From: Clostridia bacterium
GTDB lineage: Bacteria; Bacillota; Clostridia; Oscillospirales; CAG-272
DNA length: 58,498 nucleotides
Direction of reading: 5' to 3'
Assembly: GCA_017462545.1 (NCBI GenBank)
Contig: JAFTQX010000019.1
Coordinates: forward strand, 1 to 58,498
Numbering within the stretch: position 1 is the stretch's first letter; the number at the start of each line of letters is the position of its first letter. Shown one piece after another: positions 1-9,195 of the stretch. A program made the position numbers and the translations under genes. The notes beneath the pieces were generated by a model. The model had not been told where the DNA came from and made no database searches. It was given only the letters and a program-made list of their open reading frames with translations.

Positions 1-436
<436 letters not shown>

Positions 437-448
437 CTACCACTCTAC

Positions 449-477
449 ATTATAGCACAATCTTTTCAAAAACGCAA
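449..477 (-). promoter_or_regulatory. Sigma-A type promoter for nifJ
   Basis: TTGCGT-17 bp-TATAAT with extended -10 TG on the minus strand. Confidence 0.6.
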
Positions 478-614
478 GTGCTTTTATGGAATTTGTTATT
501 TTTTTCGCAATTTTGCCGCAAATTTCGCGCAGGACTTGACAGGCACGGGCTAAAAGAGGTAAAATAGAAAGGCAATGATTTTTTCACAGTCGCGGACAGA
601 AGGAGTATAGCTTT

Positions 615-1613
615 ATGTTTCAAGATAAAAAGGTAGTCTTTTCGGGCGTACAGCCCTCGGGCAACCTGACCATTGGCAACTATCTGGGTGCCATTAAGAA
701 TTTCAGCACCTTTTCGGAGGAATACCACTGCTTTTACTGCGTGGTCGATATGCACGCCATCACCGTGCGCCAGGTGCCGGCCGATCTGCGCCGCCGCACC
801 TATGAGACGCTCGCGCTCTATATGGCCGCCGGCCTTGATCCCAAAAAGAATACGCTGTTTGTGCAGTCGCACGTGCCCGCACACGCAGAGCTTGGCTGGA
901 TGCTGAATTGCTTTACCATGTTTGGTGAGCTTTCCCGCATGACGCAGTTTAAGGATAAGAGCCAGAAGCATGCCGACAATATCAACGCCGGCCTCTTTAC
1001 CTACCCCACCCTGATGGCCGCCGACATCCTGCTCTATCAGACCGAGCTGGTACCCGTAGGCGTTGATCAGAAGCAGCACTTAGAGCTGGCGCGCGATATC
1101 GCGCAGCGCTTTAACGGTCTGTACAGCGATACCTTTGTGGTGCCCGAGGGCTATATTGCACAGACGGGTATGAAGATCATGTCACTTGCCGAGCCGACGG
1201 CCAAGATGTCAAAATCCGATCCCAACCCCAACGCCATCGTCTACATTCTGGACAGCAAGGATGACATCCTGCGTAAGTTCAAGCGCGCCGTGACCGACTC
1301 GGGCTGTGAGGTACGCGCGGGTGAAGGCAAGGACGGCATCAATAACCTGATGACCATTTATCGTTGCTTTACCGGCAAGACGAACGAGGAGATCGAAGCC
1401 GAGTTCGCCGGTCGCGGCTACGGCGACTTTAAGCTGGCCGTGGGCGAGGCCTGTGCCGATGCCCTGGCTCCCGTGCGTGAGGAATACACACGCCTGATCG
1501 CCGATAAGGCCTACCTTGAAAGCGTGATGAAGGAAGGCGCCGAGGCCGCCGCCTACTGCGCGAGAAAGACCATCTCCAAGGTCAATCGCAAGCTGGGCTT
1601 TGTGACACTGTGA
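615..1613 (+). CDS. trpS: Tryptophanyl-tRNA synthetase
   Basis: SGVQPSG, TIGNYLG (HIGH equivalent), VPVGVDQKQHLE and KMSKS motifs. Confidence 0.97.
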   Translation: MFQDKKVVFSGVQPSGNLTIGNYLGAIKNFSTFSEEYHCFYCVVDMHAITVRQVPADLRRRTYETLALYMAAGLDPKKNTLFVQSHVPAHAELGWMLNCFTMFGELSRMTQFKDKSQKHADNINAGLFTYPTLMAADILLYQTELVPVGVDQKQHLELARDIAQRFNGLYSDTFVVPEGYIAQTGMKIMSLAEPTAKMSKSDPNPNAIVYILDSKDDILRKFKRAVTDSGCEVRAGEGKDGINNLMTIYRCFTGKTNEEIEAEFAGRGYGDFKLAVGEACADALAPVREEYTRLIADKAYLESVMKEGAEAAAYCARKTISKVNRKLGFVTL

Positions 1614-1627
1614 TAGGGAGGGATTTG

Positions 1628-1733
1628 TGGGGTGCTTTTTGAAAAAAGCGCCCCACGCCCCGCAAAAACTTTTATGATGATAAAAGTTTTGTCGCCGCAG
1701 GAAACAAACAGTAGGGGAGGCTTGCTCCTCCCG
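1628..1733. repeat. Cluster of REP-like palindromes
   Basis: GGGGTGCTTTTT-g-AAAAAAGCGCCCC, AAAACTTTTAT-gatg-ATAAAAGTTTT and GTAGGGGAGGCTTGCTCCTCCC hairpins after trpS. Confidence 0.5.
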
Positions 1734-1761
1734 CCTAAACCAATTACCGCCAACGCCAAAG

Positions 1762-1800
1762 CAAGGCTTGCAAGGGACTACCTTTGCAAGCCTTGTTTTT
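1762..1800 (+). terminator. Intrinsic terminator after trpS
   Basis: CAAGGCTTGCAA...TTGCAAGCCTTG followed by a T run. Confidence 0.6.
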
Positions 1801-1876
1801 CTTTTCTGCTTTCTGGCACGGAACCCATTTCGCTTGCGCGAAATTGGCACCGGCCCCATTCTTCTTCCATACGTGT

Positions 1877-3085
1877 TCACGCCTTGCGCCACGTCCCCTT
1901 CCACGGCAGGGCAACCAGCACGCCGCCCATGACGATCGCTGCCCACACAAGGATGAGGTTCGACCAGCCAATGCCGTCTGCGGCGTTGGCAAAGATGATG
2001 TTTGAGGCGGCGGCTGCCATATAGCTGAGAAAATCGAGAAAGCCGGTCGCGCCCGAGACCATGCCTGTATCGCGCAGGCTGGGGCAATAGCGGCTCCACA
2101 GCATGGAGGCAGCGGCGTTTGAGCCGATAATGGCCAGCACCATCAGCACCAGATTGACAATCGGCTGCGAAACAAAATAAACGGCAACAAAGAAGGAGGC
2201 CGAGGCTACGAACATGATCAGAATCGTCAGATCCATATTTCTGCCAAGCCGCTCATACACAAAGACGGCAATAAAGGCGGAAAGTGAAATGGCCAGCGTG
2301 GCAACGGTGAACATCCCGGCTGCCTCGTCGGGCGTATATCCGAGAGCCTCATCAATATAGGTCGGCAGCCAAAAGACCACCGAGGTACGCACCACGCCCG
2401 TGATGATGGAGATCAAGGAAAACTTGATGATGCGATGGCGAATCAGCACGCGAATGCCGCCGCTTGCCCCCTTCTCTTCTATCTGATACTGCCCGTATTT
2501 GACGATGCCCTGCTTCTCAAAAACCAAGAACACAACAAAGCAGACCACCGCCATGAGACCGAGAGCGGCCGAGCTGACGTAGAACACGCTCTGCCAGGTG
2601 AGCACCGCTGCCAGCACGCCCGCAAGCGGCGAGCCGAAGAAGGAGGAAAACGTGTAGCCAAGGCTACAGCGTGTGGCATGGATCGGGCCGGTATTCTCGG
2701 CCACCACCTTGGTCATGGGGCCGTAGATCATGGAAAGAAAGAACCCGGTCATGCCGTAGACCACGGTCGCAAGCCAGGAGGAATTGGGCATAAAGACGAA
2801 CAAGCAATTCGTCACACCCGCAAAGAAGAGGCCAAAGCTGATCATATACTGTGCCTTGATCTTATCCCCGATCACACCGTTGATCAGCTGGCCTACGGCA
2901 TACATGGTCAGATAAAGCGCAGAAAGATCGCCAATATAGTCCTTATTTGTCACACCCGTCACCGGGTCGATCATCTGCGGAGTGACCGCGCTGAGCACGT
3001 TTCTCGCGATATAGACGGCGAGATAGGAGACCGAACAAAGCACCCCGATCATAACGGCGTTTCTGACTTTTTTGTTGCTACTCAT
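1877..3085 (-). CDS. MFS transporter (GlpT/OPA-like)
   Basis: About 12 hydrophobic segments; YIARNVLS and YAVGQLINGVIGDK (motif A-like). Confidence 0.8.
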   Translation of the reverse strand: MSSNKKVRNAVMIGVLCSVSYLAVYIARNVLSAVTPQMIDPVTGVTNKDYIGDLSALYLTMYAVGQLINGVIGDKIKAQYMISFGLFFAGVTNCLFVFMPNSSWLATVVYGMTGFFLSMIYGPMTKVVAENTGPIHATRCSLGYTFSSFFGSPLAGVLAAVLTWQSVFYVSSAALGLMAVVCFVVFLVFEKQGIVKYGQYQIEEKGASGGIRVLIRHRIIKFSLISIITGVVRTSVVFWLPTYIDEALGYTPDEAAGMFTVATLAISLSAFIAVFVYERLGRNMDLTILIMFVASASFFVAVYFVSQPIVNLVLMVLAIIGSNAAASMLWSRYCPSLRDTGMVSGATGFLDFLSYMAAAASNIIFANAADGIGWSNLILVWAAIVMGGVLVALPWKGTWRKA

Positions 3086-3154
3086 TTTAGAAACCTCAAA
3101 CAGAACAATATCTTGGGCGATCCGCCGTGCGGATCGCCCAAGTGTGGATCATTA

Positions 3155-3754
3155 TCAATACCCGTATTGGTAGAGCACGCGTCTTCGCTCAAGCGGCGAG
3201 GGCTGCTCATCCCCGAATTTCTTTTCAAGCAGGGCGCGGGCACTTTCTTGGAAATCCAGTTCTCCCTCGTCCTTTGCTTGCTCAATCACCCGTTTTACCA
3301 GCGCAACCGAGTACCCCTTATGCGCCAGGTCTGCTACGATGCGGCGAGGCCCCCAATGCTTGCGGTTGGCCGCAACGAGAACAAGGCGATAGACCTGCTC
3401 CTCCTCGCGGATATACCCCTTTTGCATCATATGCGCGACAGCCGCCTCGGCATTCTCCTGCGAGTAGCCGCGCCTGCGCAGCTTTCGGCAAAGACCGTTT
3501 GCGCTGTTATCGCCGTAGGCCAGCAGGCTTTCAGCCTTGGAGAGCGCACGGATCTCGCCCTCTGCCTCGGCCAAAGCGGCAAGCATCTCGTCGTCAAGCG
3601 CATCCCCCTTTGCGGGCGCGCCGAGCGCGTCATACCGTTTATCGGAGAGGCGAAAGGTGCGGCGGGTGTTGCCGGCAAACTCCTCGATCTCAACAGAAAG
3701 ACGCAAATGACCGTGGATATCGGGAGAGGAAACGCGCAGAACGCGACCGGGCAT
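3155..3754 (-). CDS. recX: Regulatory protein RecX
   Basis: Directly after recA; LCRKLRRRGY and WGPRRIVADLAHKGY repeats. Confidence 0.85.
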   Translation of the reverse strand: MPGRVLRVSSPDIHGHLRLSVEIEEFAGNTRRTFRLSDKRYDALGAPAKGDALDDEMLAALAEAEGEIRALSKAESLLAYGDNSANGLCRKLRRRGYSQENAEAAVAHMMQKGYIREEEQVYRLVLVAANRKHWGPRRIVADLAHKGYSVALVKRVIEQAKDEGELDFQESARALLEKKFGDEQPSPLERRRVLYQYGY

Positions 3755-4863
3755 TAAAGCTCTTCCTCGTCAAAATCGCGGATATCGAGCTCATCGTCCT
3801 CGCCCTCCAGCTCAAACTGCTCGATGATATCGGTGTCTTTCGCCGCCTCGCGAATCTTTTCGGCGATCTCCTCCATCAGGGCGGGCTCGCTTTCCAGATA
3901 CTTGCGGGCATTCTCCTTGCCCTGGCCGATACGGTTGCCGTTATAGGAAAACCACGCGCCGGATTTATCAATGATATTCAGCAAGACACCAAGCTCGATC
4001 AGCTCGCCCGAGCGGGAGATGCCCTGCCCGTAGAGAATATCAAACTCTGCCGTCTTAAAGGGAGGTGCTACCTTATTCTTCACAACCTTGCACTTGACAT
4101 GGTTGCCATACACCTCGCTGCCGTTTTTGAGCGCCTCTGCCTTACGCACCTCAATGCGGACAGAGGAATAGAACTTCAGCGCACGGCCGCCGGTGGTGAC
4201 CTCCGGGTTGCCGTACACCACGCCAACCTTCTCACGCAGCTGGTTGATAAAGATCATGACGCAGTTGGTCTTGGCCACGATGCCCGAAAGCTTACGCATG
4301 GCCTGCGACATCAGACGCGCCTGCAGACCAACGTGGGAGGAGCCCATGTCGCCGTCGATCTCCTGCTGCGGCACAAGAGCAGCAACCGAGTCGACCACGA
4401 TCACATCGATCGCGCCCGACAGGATGAGTGCCTCGGCAATCTCGAGTGCCTGCTCGCCGCTATCCGGCTGTGAGACGAGAAGATTGTTGATATCCACACC
4501 CAGCTTTTTGGCGTAGAGGGGATCCAGCGCGTGCTCGGCATCAATAAAGGCTGCCTCGCCGCCTGTCTTTTGTACCTCTGCCACCACATGCAGGGCAACG
4601 GTGGTCTTACCCGAGGATTCCGGGCCGTAGATCTCAATAATTCTGCCGCGCGGCACACCGCCAATGCCGAGTGCCATATCCAGCGTCAGACTGCCGGTAG
4701 AAACCGCGCTGACGGTCATATCGGCCGCCTCGCCCAGCTTCATAATGGTACCCTTGCCCATGCTTTTTTCAATACGGGCAATCGCCGTTTCCAGCGCGGT
4801 CTTTTTATCGCCCGCAGCCACAGGTTTGACCTGCGGCTTAGGCGCGGATTTTTTGGTTGCCAT
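3754..4863 (-). CDS. recA: Recombinase RecA
   Basis: [20 protein letters not shown] and [12 protein letters not shown] motifs. Confidence 0.99.
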   Translation of the reverse strand: MATKKSAPKPQVKPVAAGDKKTALETAIARIEKSMGKGTIMKLGEAADMTVSAVSTGSLTLDMALGIGGVPRGRIIEIYGPESSGKTTVALHVVAEVQKTGGEAAFIDAEHALDPLYAKKLGVDINNLLVSQPDSGEQALEIAEALILSGAIDVIVVDSVAALVPQQEIDGDMGSSHVGLQARLMSQAMRKLSGIVAKTNCVMIFINQLREKVGVVYGNPEVTTGGRALKFYSSVRIEVRKAEALKNGSEVYGNHVKCKVVKNKVAPPFKTAEFDILYGQGISRSGELIELGVLLNIIDKSGAWFSYNGNRIGQGKENARKYLESEPALMEEIAEKIREAAKDTDIIEQFELEGEDDELDIRDFDEEEL

Positions 4864-4897
4864 TTGTTATCTCCTTACGGATGGTTTAGGGGAAAAA

Positions 4898-6178
4898 TCA
4901 GATATCCAGACGGATGGCACCGGCAGGACGGATGCGCAGCATCATGGCCGAGCCCTCGCCGAACACACCGTCAAGCAGGCGACGATACTCGTCAGCCAGC
5001 TCTGCCTTGACAAAGGCCTGAATGGTGCCTGCAAAGCCACCGCCGTGTACACGCCATGCGCAGCCCTTTCCGGCAAGCGCGCCCTCGGTTACGGCGAGAG
5101 CGAGAGACAGCCCCTGCTCTTCCACATTGAGAGTGGTGTATACGTTCTGCAGATACTTGAAGCTGGAGTCGCCCGACGCGCAAATGCCGGCAAGGAAGTC
5201 TGCCGTGCGGCCCTCCTTGAGTGCCTTTGCCTGCTTACCTACACGCTCGTTCTCACGCACGAAGTGCAAAGCACGCATGATGGCACGGTCGCCAAGCTTC
5301 TCGCGCAGGGTGGGGATAGCAGCTACGATCTGCTCCTCGCTCAGGCCACGCAGAACCTCCTGCCCCATGGCAGCAGCCACAGCCTTCATCTCGCTCGGAA
5401 CAGAGGCATAGTCGGCATTGAGGTTGGCATGGTTGCCGCCGGTGTTGACGATGCAAAGCACATAGCCGGCCTCATCCAGCGCGAAGTTGATCGGCTCGAT
5501 GATGGGGTTCTTCGGGTCGTTGAAATCAATGTAAACAAAGCCGCCAACCGCGCAAGCCATCTGATCCATCAGGCCGCAGGGCTTGCCGAAGTATACGTTC
5601 TCGGCATACTGGGCGATCTTGGCGATCTCCTCGTTTTCTACCTTGCCATCGTTGTAGAGGTAGTTGAGGATATTACCAACCATGACCTCAAAGGCAGCAG
5701 AGGAGGAAATGCCCGAGCCCTTGAGCACGCGGGAGGTGGTGTAGGCATCAAAGCCGCCTACCTTGTAGCCGTACTTTTTGAAGCCACCGCACATACCGGC
5801 GACCAGGGCGTTGGACTTGAAGGCCTTCTGCTTATCGGGATCGTCACAGATCTCCAGCGGCACGCGATCCTCGGGGTAGCCCTCGCTGCGTACGCGAACA
5901 AGCGGCTCTGCGCTCGGGGAGGCAACAGCAATGATATCACGGTCGATGGCAGCAGCCAATACGCAGCCGTGGTTGTGGTCGGTATGGTTACCGCACACCT
6001 CGGTACGGCCGGGAACCGAGAATACAAATACCTCACGGTCCTCCCCATACAGCGCGGCAAACTCCTTCACCGCCTTGATATAACGCTCGGTCTGCTCCTT
6101 CACACCGTCACCATACAGGCAGCGGAAGTTTTCCAGTGCGCCTGCCTCCAGGCGCGCGATCAGCTCGTTCGGTCTCAT
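4898..6178 (-). CDS. galK: Galactokinase-family GHMP kinase
   Basis: PGRTEVCGNHTDHN, GSGISSSAA, CGLMDQ and RVHGGGFAG motifs. Confidence 0.8.
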   Translation of the reverse strand: MRPNELIARLEAGALENFRCLYGDGVKEQTERYIKAVKEFAALYGEDREVFVFSVPGRTEVCGNHTDHNHGCVLAAAIDRDIIAVASPSAEPLVRVRSEGYPEDRVPLEICDDPDKQKAFKSNALVAGMCGGFKKYGYKVGGFDAYTTSRVLKGSGISSSAAFEVMVGNILNYLYNDGKVENEEIAKIAQYAENVYFGKPCGLMDQMACAVGGFVYIDFNDPKNPIIEPINFALDEAGYVLCIVNTGGNHANLNADYASVPSEMKAVAAAMGQEVLRGLSEEQIVAAIPTLREKLGDRAIMRALHFVRENERVGKQAKALKEGRTADFLAGICASGDSSFKYLQNVYTTLNVEEQGLSLALAVTEGALAGKGCAWRVHGGGFAGTIQAFVKAELADEYRRLLDGVFGEGSAMMLRIRPAGAIRLDI

Positions 6179-6247
6179 AGCAATTCTCCTTTATGTAAGC
6201 ACATATTTTTTCTATTTGAAGCCTCTTGCCACAGCAAAAGGCAACCT

Positions 6248-7240
6248 TTACTCTTCACTATTCACTTTTACTTGCGCCGCGCGAAATTCGCGCACAGCGC
6301 ACTCTGCCAGCTCCTCAAGCGGGCGCATGCCGCCCTTCTCATCGGTGGCTTGCAGACGAATGATGCTCCTGTCCCGCTCAAACCAGGTCAACTGCCGCTT
6401 GGCGTAATGGCGGGTGGCAAGGCAGAGCGCCCTGCGCGCATCGTCAAGCGAGCATTCGCCCCGCAGATAGGGGAGCAACTCCTTGTAGCCGATGGCCTGC
6501 GCAGCAGTAGAGCCGGGGGCAAGATAGCCTTTTTCGTAAAGCCGGCCGGCCTCCTCTGCAAGACCTGCACGCAGCATCTCGTCCACGCGAGCATCCATGC
6601 GGCGGTAGAGCACCTCCCTCTCCGGGTAGGTGAGCATGAGGGGGATGATGTGCAAGGCGGGGGGGCGCTCACGCGTGCGGCGATCCCACTCGCTTTTGGG
6701 GATACCGGTGGTCTCGTAGATCTCCAGAGCACGGATCACGCGGCGAATATTGTTGGGATGGGTGGCTTCGGCCGCGGCAGGATCGACCTCGGAAAGCCGT
6801 TGCCAGAGGGTCTCGTTTCCCTGCTCGGCAGCCTCTTGCGCCAGCCTCTCGCGCACGGCGGTAGCACCGGGGATTTCGCAGTTCTCCTCACCCCCGCGGC
6901 GGGCAGCATCCAGATACAGCCCTGTGCCGCCGCAAAAGAGAGGCAGGCGACCACGGGAAAGAATGTCTTCAACGGTGCGATAGGCGTCGGATGCGTAATC
7001 GGCCGCGCTGTAGGGCGTACCCGGCAGCAGAAAGTCAATGAGGTGATGCGGCAATGCCGCCTGCTCCTCCCGGCTTGGCTTGGCCGTGCCGATATCCATC
7101 TCCCGATAGATCTGCATGGAGTCGCAGGAGATGATCTCGCAATCAAGCCGCTTACCAAGCGCGATGGCCAGTGCCGTTTTGCCCGAGGCGGTAGGCCCGA
7201 CCACGGCGGGCAGACGGGTCAGGATCTCTCGGAAAGCCAT
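6248..7240 (-). CDS. miaA: tRNA dimethylallyltransferase
   Basis: GPTASGKT, DSMQIY, DIGTAKP, GGTGLY and YAKRQLTWF motifs. Confidence 0.97.
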   Translation of the reverse strand: MAFREILTRLPAVVGPTASGKTALAIALGKRLDCEIISCDSMQIYREMDIGTAKPSREEQAALPHHLIDFLLPGTPYSAADYASDAYRTVEDILSRGRLPLFCGGTGLYLDAARRGGEENCEIPGATAVRERLAQEAAEQGNETLWQRLSEVDPAAAEATHPNNIRRVIRALEIYETTGIPKSEWDRRTRERPPALHIIPLMLTYPEREVLYRRMDARVDEMLRAGLAEEAGRLYEKGYLAPGSTAAQAIGYKELLPYLRGECSLDDARRALCLATRHYAKRQLTWFERDRSIIRLQATDEKGGMRPLEELAECAVREFRAAQVKVNSEE

Positions 7241-8151
7241 GCGATCAGATCGCCAAAGAATTCCTTGCGGCAGGTCTCGTTAAACAGCTCATGCCGCGCG
7301 CCGGGATAGAGCTTGAGCGTCACATCCTTGGTGCCGGCGGCCGAGAGACGAGCGGCCAGCGCACGCGGTGCGCGGCCATAGTTGCCAACCGGATCCATAT
7401 CGCCGGAGGCGAGGAGGGTGGGCAGGCTCTTCGGATACTCCTGCGCGAAGCGCGAGGAGGAGGCACGCTCTACCATGCTGAAGAGATCGGCATAGGCAGA
7501 GGCGGTAAAGGTAAAGTTGCAGAAGGGGTCAATGACATGCGCCGTCACGACCGCATCATCCCGCGAGAGCCAGTTGGGGCCGGCGGGATCGTATTTGTTG
7601 ATCTTTTTATTGTAATTGCCAAAGACCAACCGTGTCAGCATCTTGCTGCGGTAGCCGGCCCCCTTGCGGCGCACGGTCAGGCGGGCAAGCGCCTTGCCAA
7701 GCGAGGCAATGCGGCTGTTGGTGGTACCGAGAATGACGATACCGTCGATATCGCGGTAATAGCTGCAGGCATAGAGGCGGGCAATCAGCGAGCCCATGCT
7801 GTGCCCCACCAGGATCAGAGGCGAGCCATTGAACTGGCTGCGCATCAACAGGGTCAGCTTATGTACATCGGTGATAACGGTATCCGCACCGTCCTCGGCG
7901 GCAAAAAAGCCCAGCTCGTCACTGTGGCGAGCGGTGTGCCCGTGGCCAAGGTGGTCGCCGCCGCAAACGGCATAGCCCTGCTCGCAGAGTGCCGCAGCCA
8001 TTTCACGATAACGACCCATATAGTCGCACATGCCGTGCACGATCTGCACAACGGCACGCACGGTACGATCCTTCGGGGTATAGAGGCAGGCGGCAATGTG
8101 ATTCTTGCCGTCGCTTGACGCGTAGGTAAATTCCTTGTAATTGTATGCCAT
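7219..8151 (-). CDS. Alpha/beta hydrolase (lysophospholipase-like)
   Basis: HGMCDY, GHSMG nucleophile elbow, DPV and RHELFNE motifs. Confidence 0.88.
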   Translation of the reverse strand: MAYNYKEFTYASSDGKNHIAACLYTPKDRTVRAVVQIVHGMCDYMGRYREMAAALCEQGYAVCGGDHLGHGHTARHSDELGFFAAEDGADTVITDVHKLTLLMRSQFNGSPLILVGHSMGSLIARLYACSYYRDIDGIVILGTTNSRIASLGKALARLTVRRKGAGYRSKMLTRLVFGNYNKKINKYDPAGPNWLSRDDAVVTAHVIDPFCNFTFTASAYADLFSMVERASSSRFAQEYPKSLPTLLASGDMDPVGNYGRAPRALAARLSAAGTKDVTLKLYPGARHELFNETCRKEFFGDLIAWLSERS

Positions 8152-8166
8152 ACGTTTATCTCCTTC

Positions 8167-9102
8167 TTAGTGCTGCTCGGCAAACGAGCGAACCTCGGCG
8201 GCGGTGGGGAAATAGGCAGGATCTGCGCTGTTTTTGAAGAGAAGCGCGTTCAGCGCAAGACCAAAGCGGCAGGCGGCCATGATATCACCATCGTTTTGCA
8301 GATATTCCAGCAAGAGTGCCGCTGTCAGCGAATCGCACAGGGGTGTGCCCTCGGGAATGCGAACGCCGCAGCCGGGCACCATGTGGCAATAGCGGCCATC
8401 ATAGGTAAAGATGCCCCGATCCCCCAGGCGAATGAGGTAGTGCCGTGCGCGGATCTTCTTTTCCAGCTCGACCGCCGCCTTCAGGCAGCTGTCCGAGCCA
8501 ACGGGAAAGGTACCGGTAAGGGCATAGGCCTCTTTGTTATCAAGGCAAAGGATCTCTGCCTCCCCAAGCGAGGAAAGCGGAAGATCGGCCCCGCCCGCCT
8601 CTACGCAGAGCGGGATCTCATAGCGGTCGGCAAGGCGGGAGATGCCACCCACCATATCGGGCGCCAGCTCGGTCTGCAGATAGATGGCATCCGGGCGGCC
8701 ATCGGTGATGGCGCGCTCCACATCCGAAAGAAGAAGACTTGCATTGGCACCGGGATAGTAGACCGTGCGGCTGTTGCCGTTATCCTCACGCAGGATCACA
8801 CGCATGCCGGTCGGGGCGCGGTGATCCACGCTGATAAAGCGGGTATCCATGCCTGCCTCATCATAGAGGTGAGAGAGGCGGTCGCCGTGAATATCGTTGC
8901 CAAGGCGGCCGGCAAACACCGCATCTCCCCCCAGACGGGTAATGGCCAGTGCCGCTACGGCACCCGCCCCCCCCGCTGTGTAGCGATAGCGGCTCTCGTC
9001 GGTCACGCTTTCACCTGCCTGCGGCAGGGCGCGCATTTCCATTGTAAAGTCCATGTTGGCAGCGCCAACAACCAATATCCGTTTTCCCATTCCTTCTCCC
9101 AT
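8167..9102 (-). CDS. PfkB/ribokinase-family protein with degenerate active-site motifs
   Basis: VVGAANMD, GRLGNDIHG and PTG motifs present; GAGD replaced by PLCD. Confidence 0.75.
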   Translation of the reverse strand: MGEGMGKRILVVGAANMDFTMEMRALPQAGESVTDESRYRYTAGGAGAVAALAITRLGGDAVFAGRLGNDIHGDRLSHLYDEAGMDTRFISVDHRAPTGMRVILREDNGNSRTVYYPGANASLLLSDVERAITDGRPDAIYLQTELAPDMVGGISRLADRYEIPLCVEAGGADLPLSSLGEAEILCLDNKEAYALTGTFPVGSDSCLKAAVELEKKIRARHYLIRLGDRGIFTYDGRYCHMVPGCGVRIPEGTPLCDSLTAALLLEYLQNDGDIMAACRFGLALNALLFKNSADPAYFPTAAEVRSFAEQH

Positions 9103-9195
9103 CGGTCTAATCGGTCTTTATTAAGAATATTATAATGCAGATGCGCGAAAAAAGCAATAGTTTTTTCACGGCATTTATATTTTTAGTATGAAAAT

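Noticed and set aside
4664-7309. 881-aa plus-strand ORF and other long antisense ORFs (e.g. 38259-40205, 53958-55280)
   Set aside because: They overlap clear housekeeping genes on the opposite strand, as expected from codon bias in GC-rich DNA.
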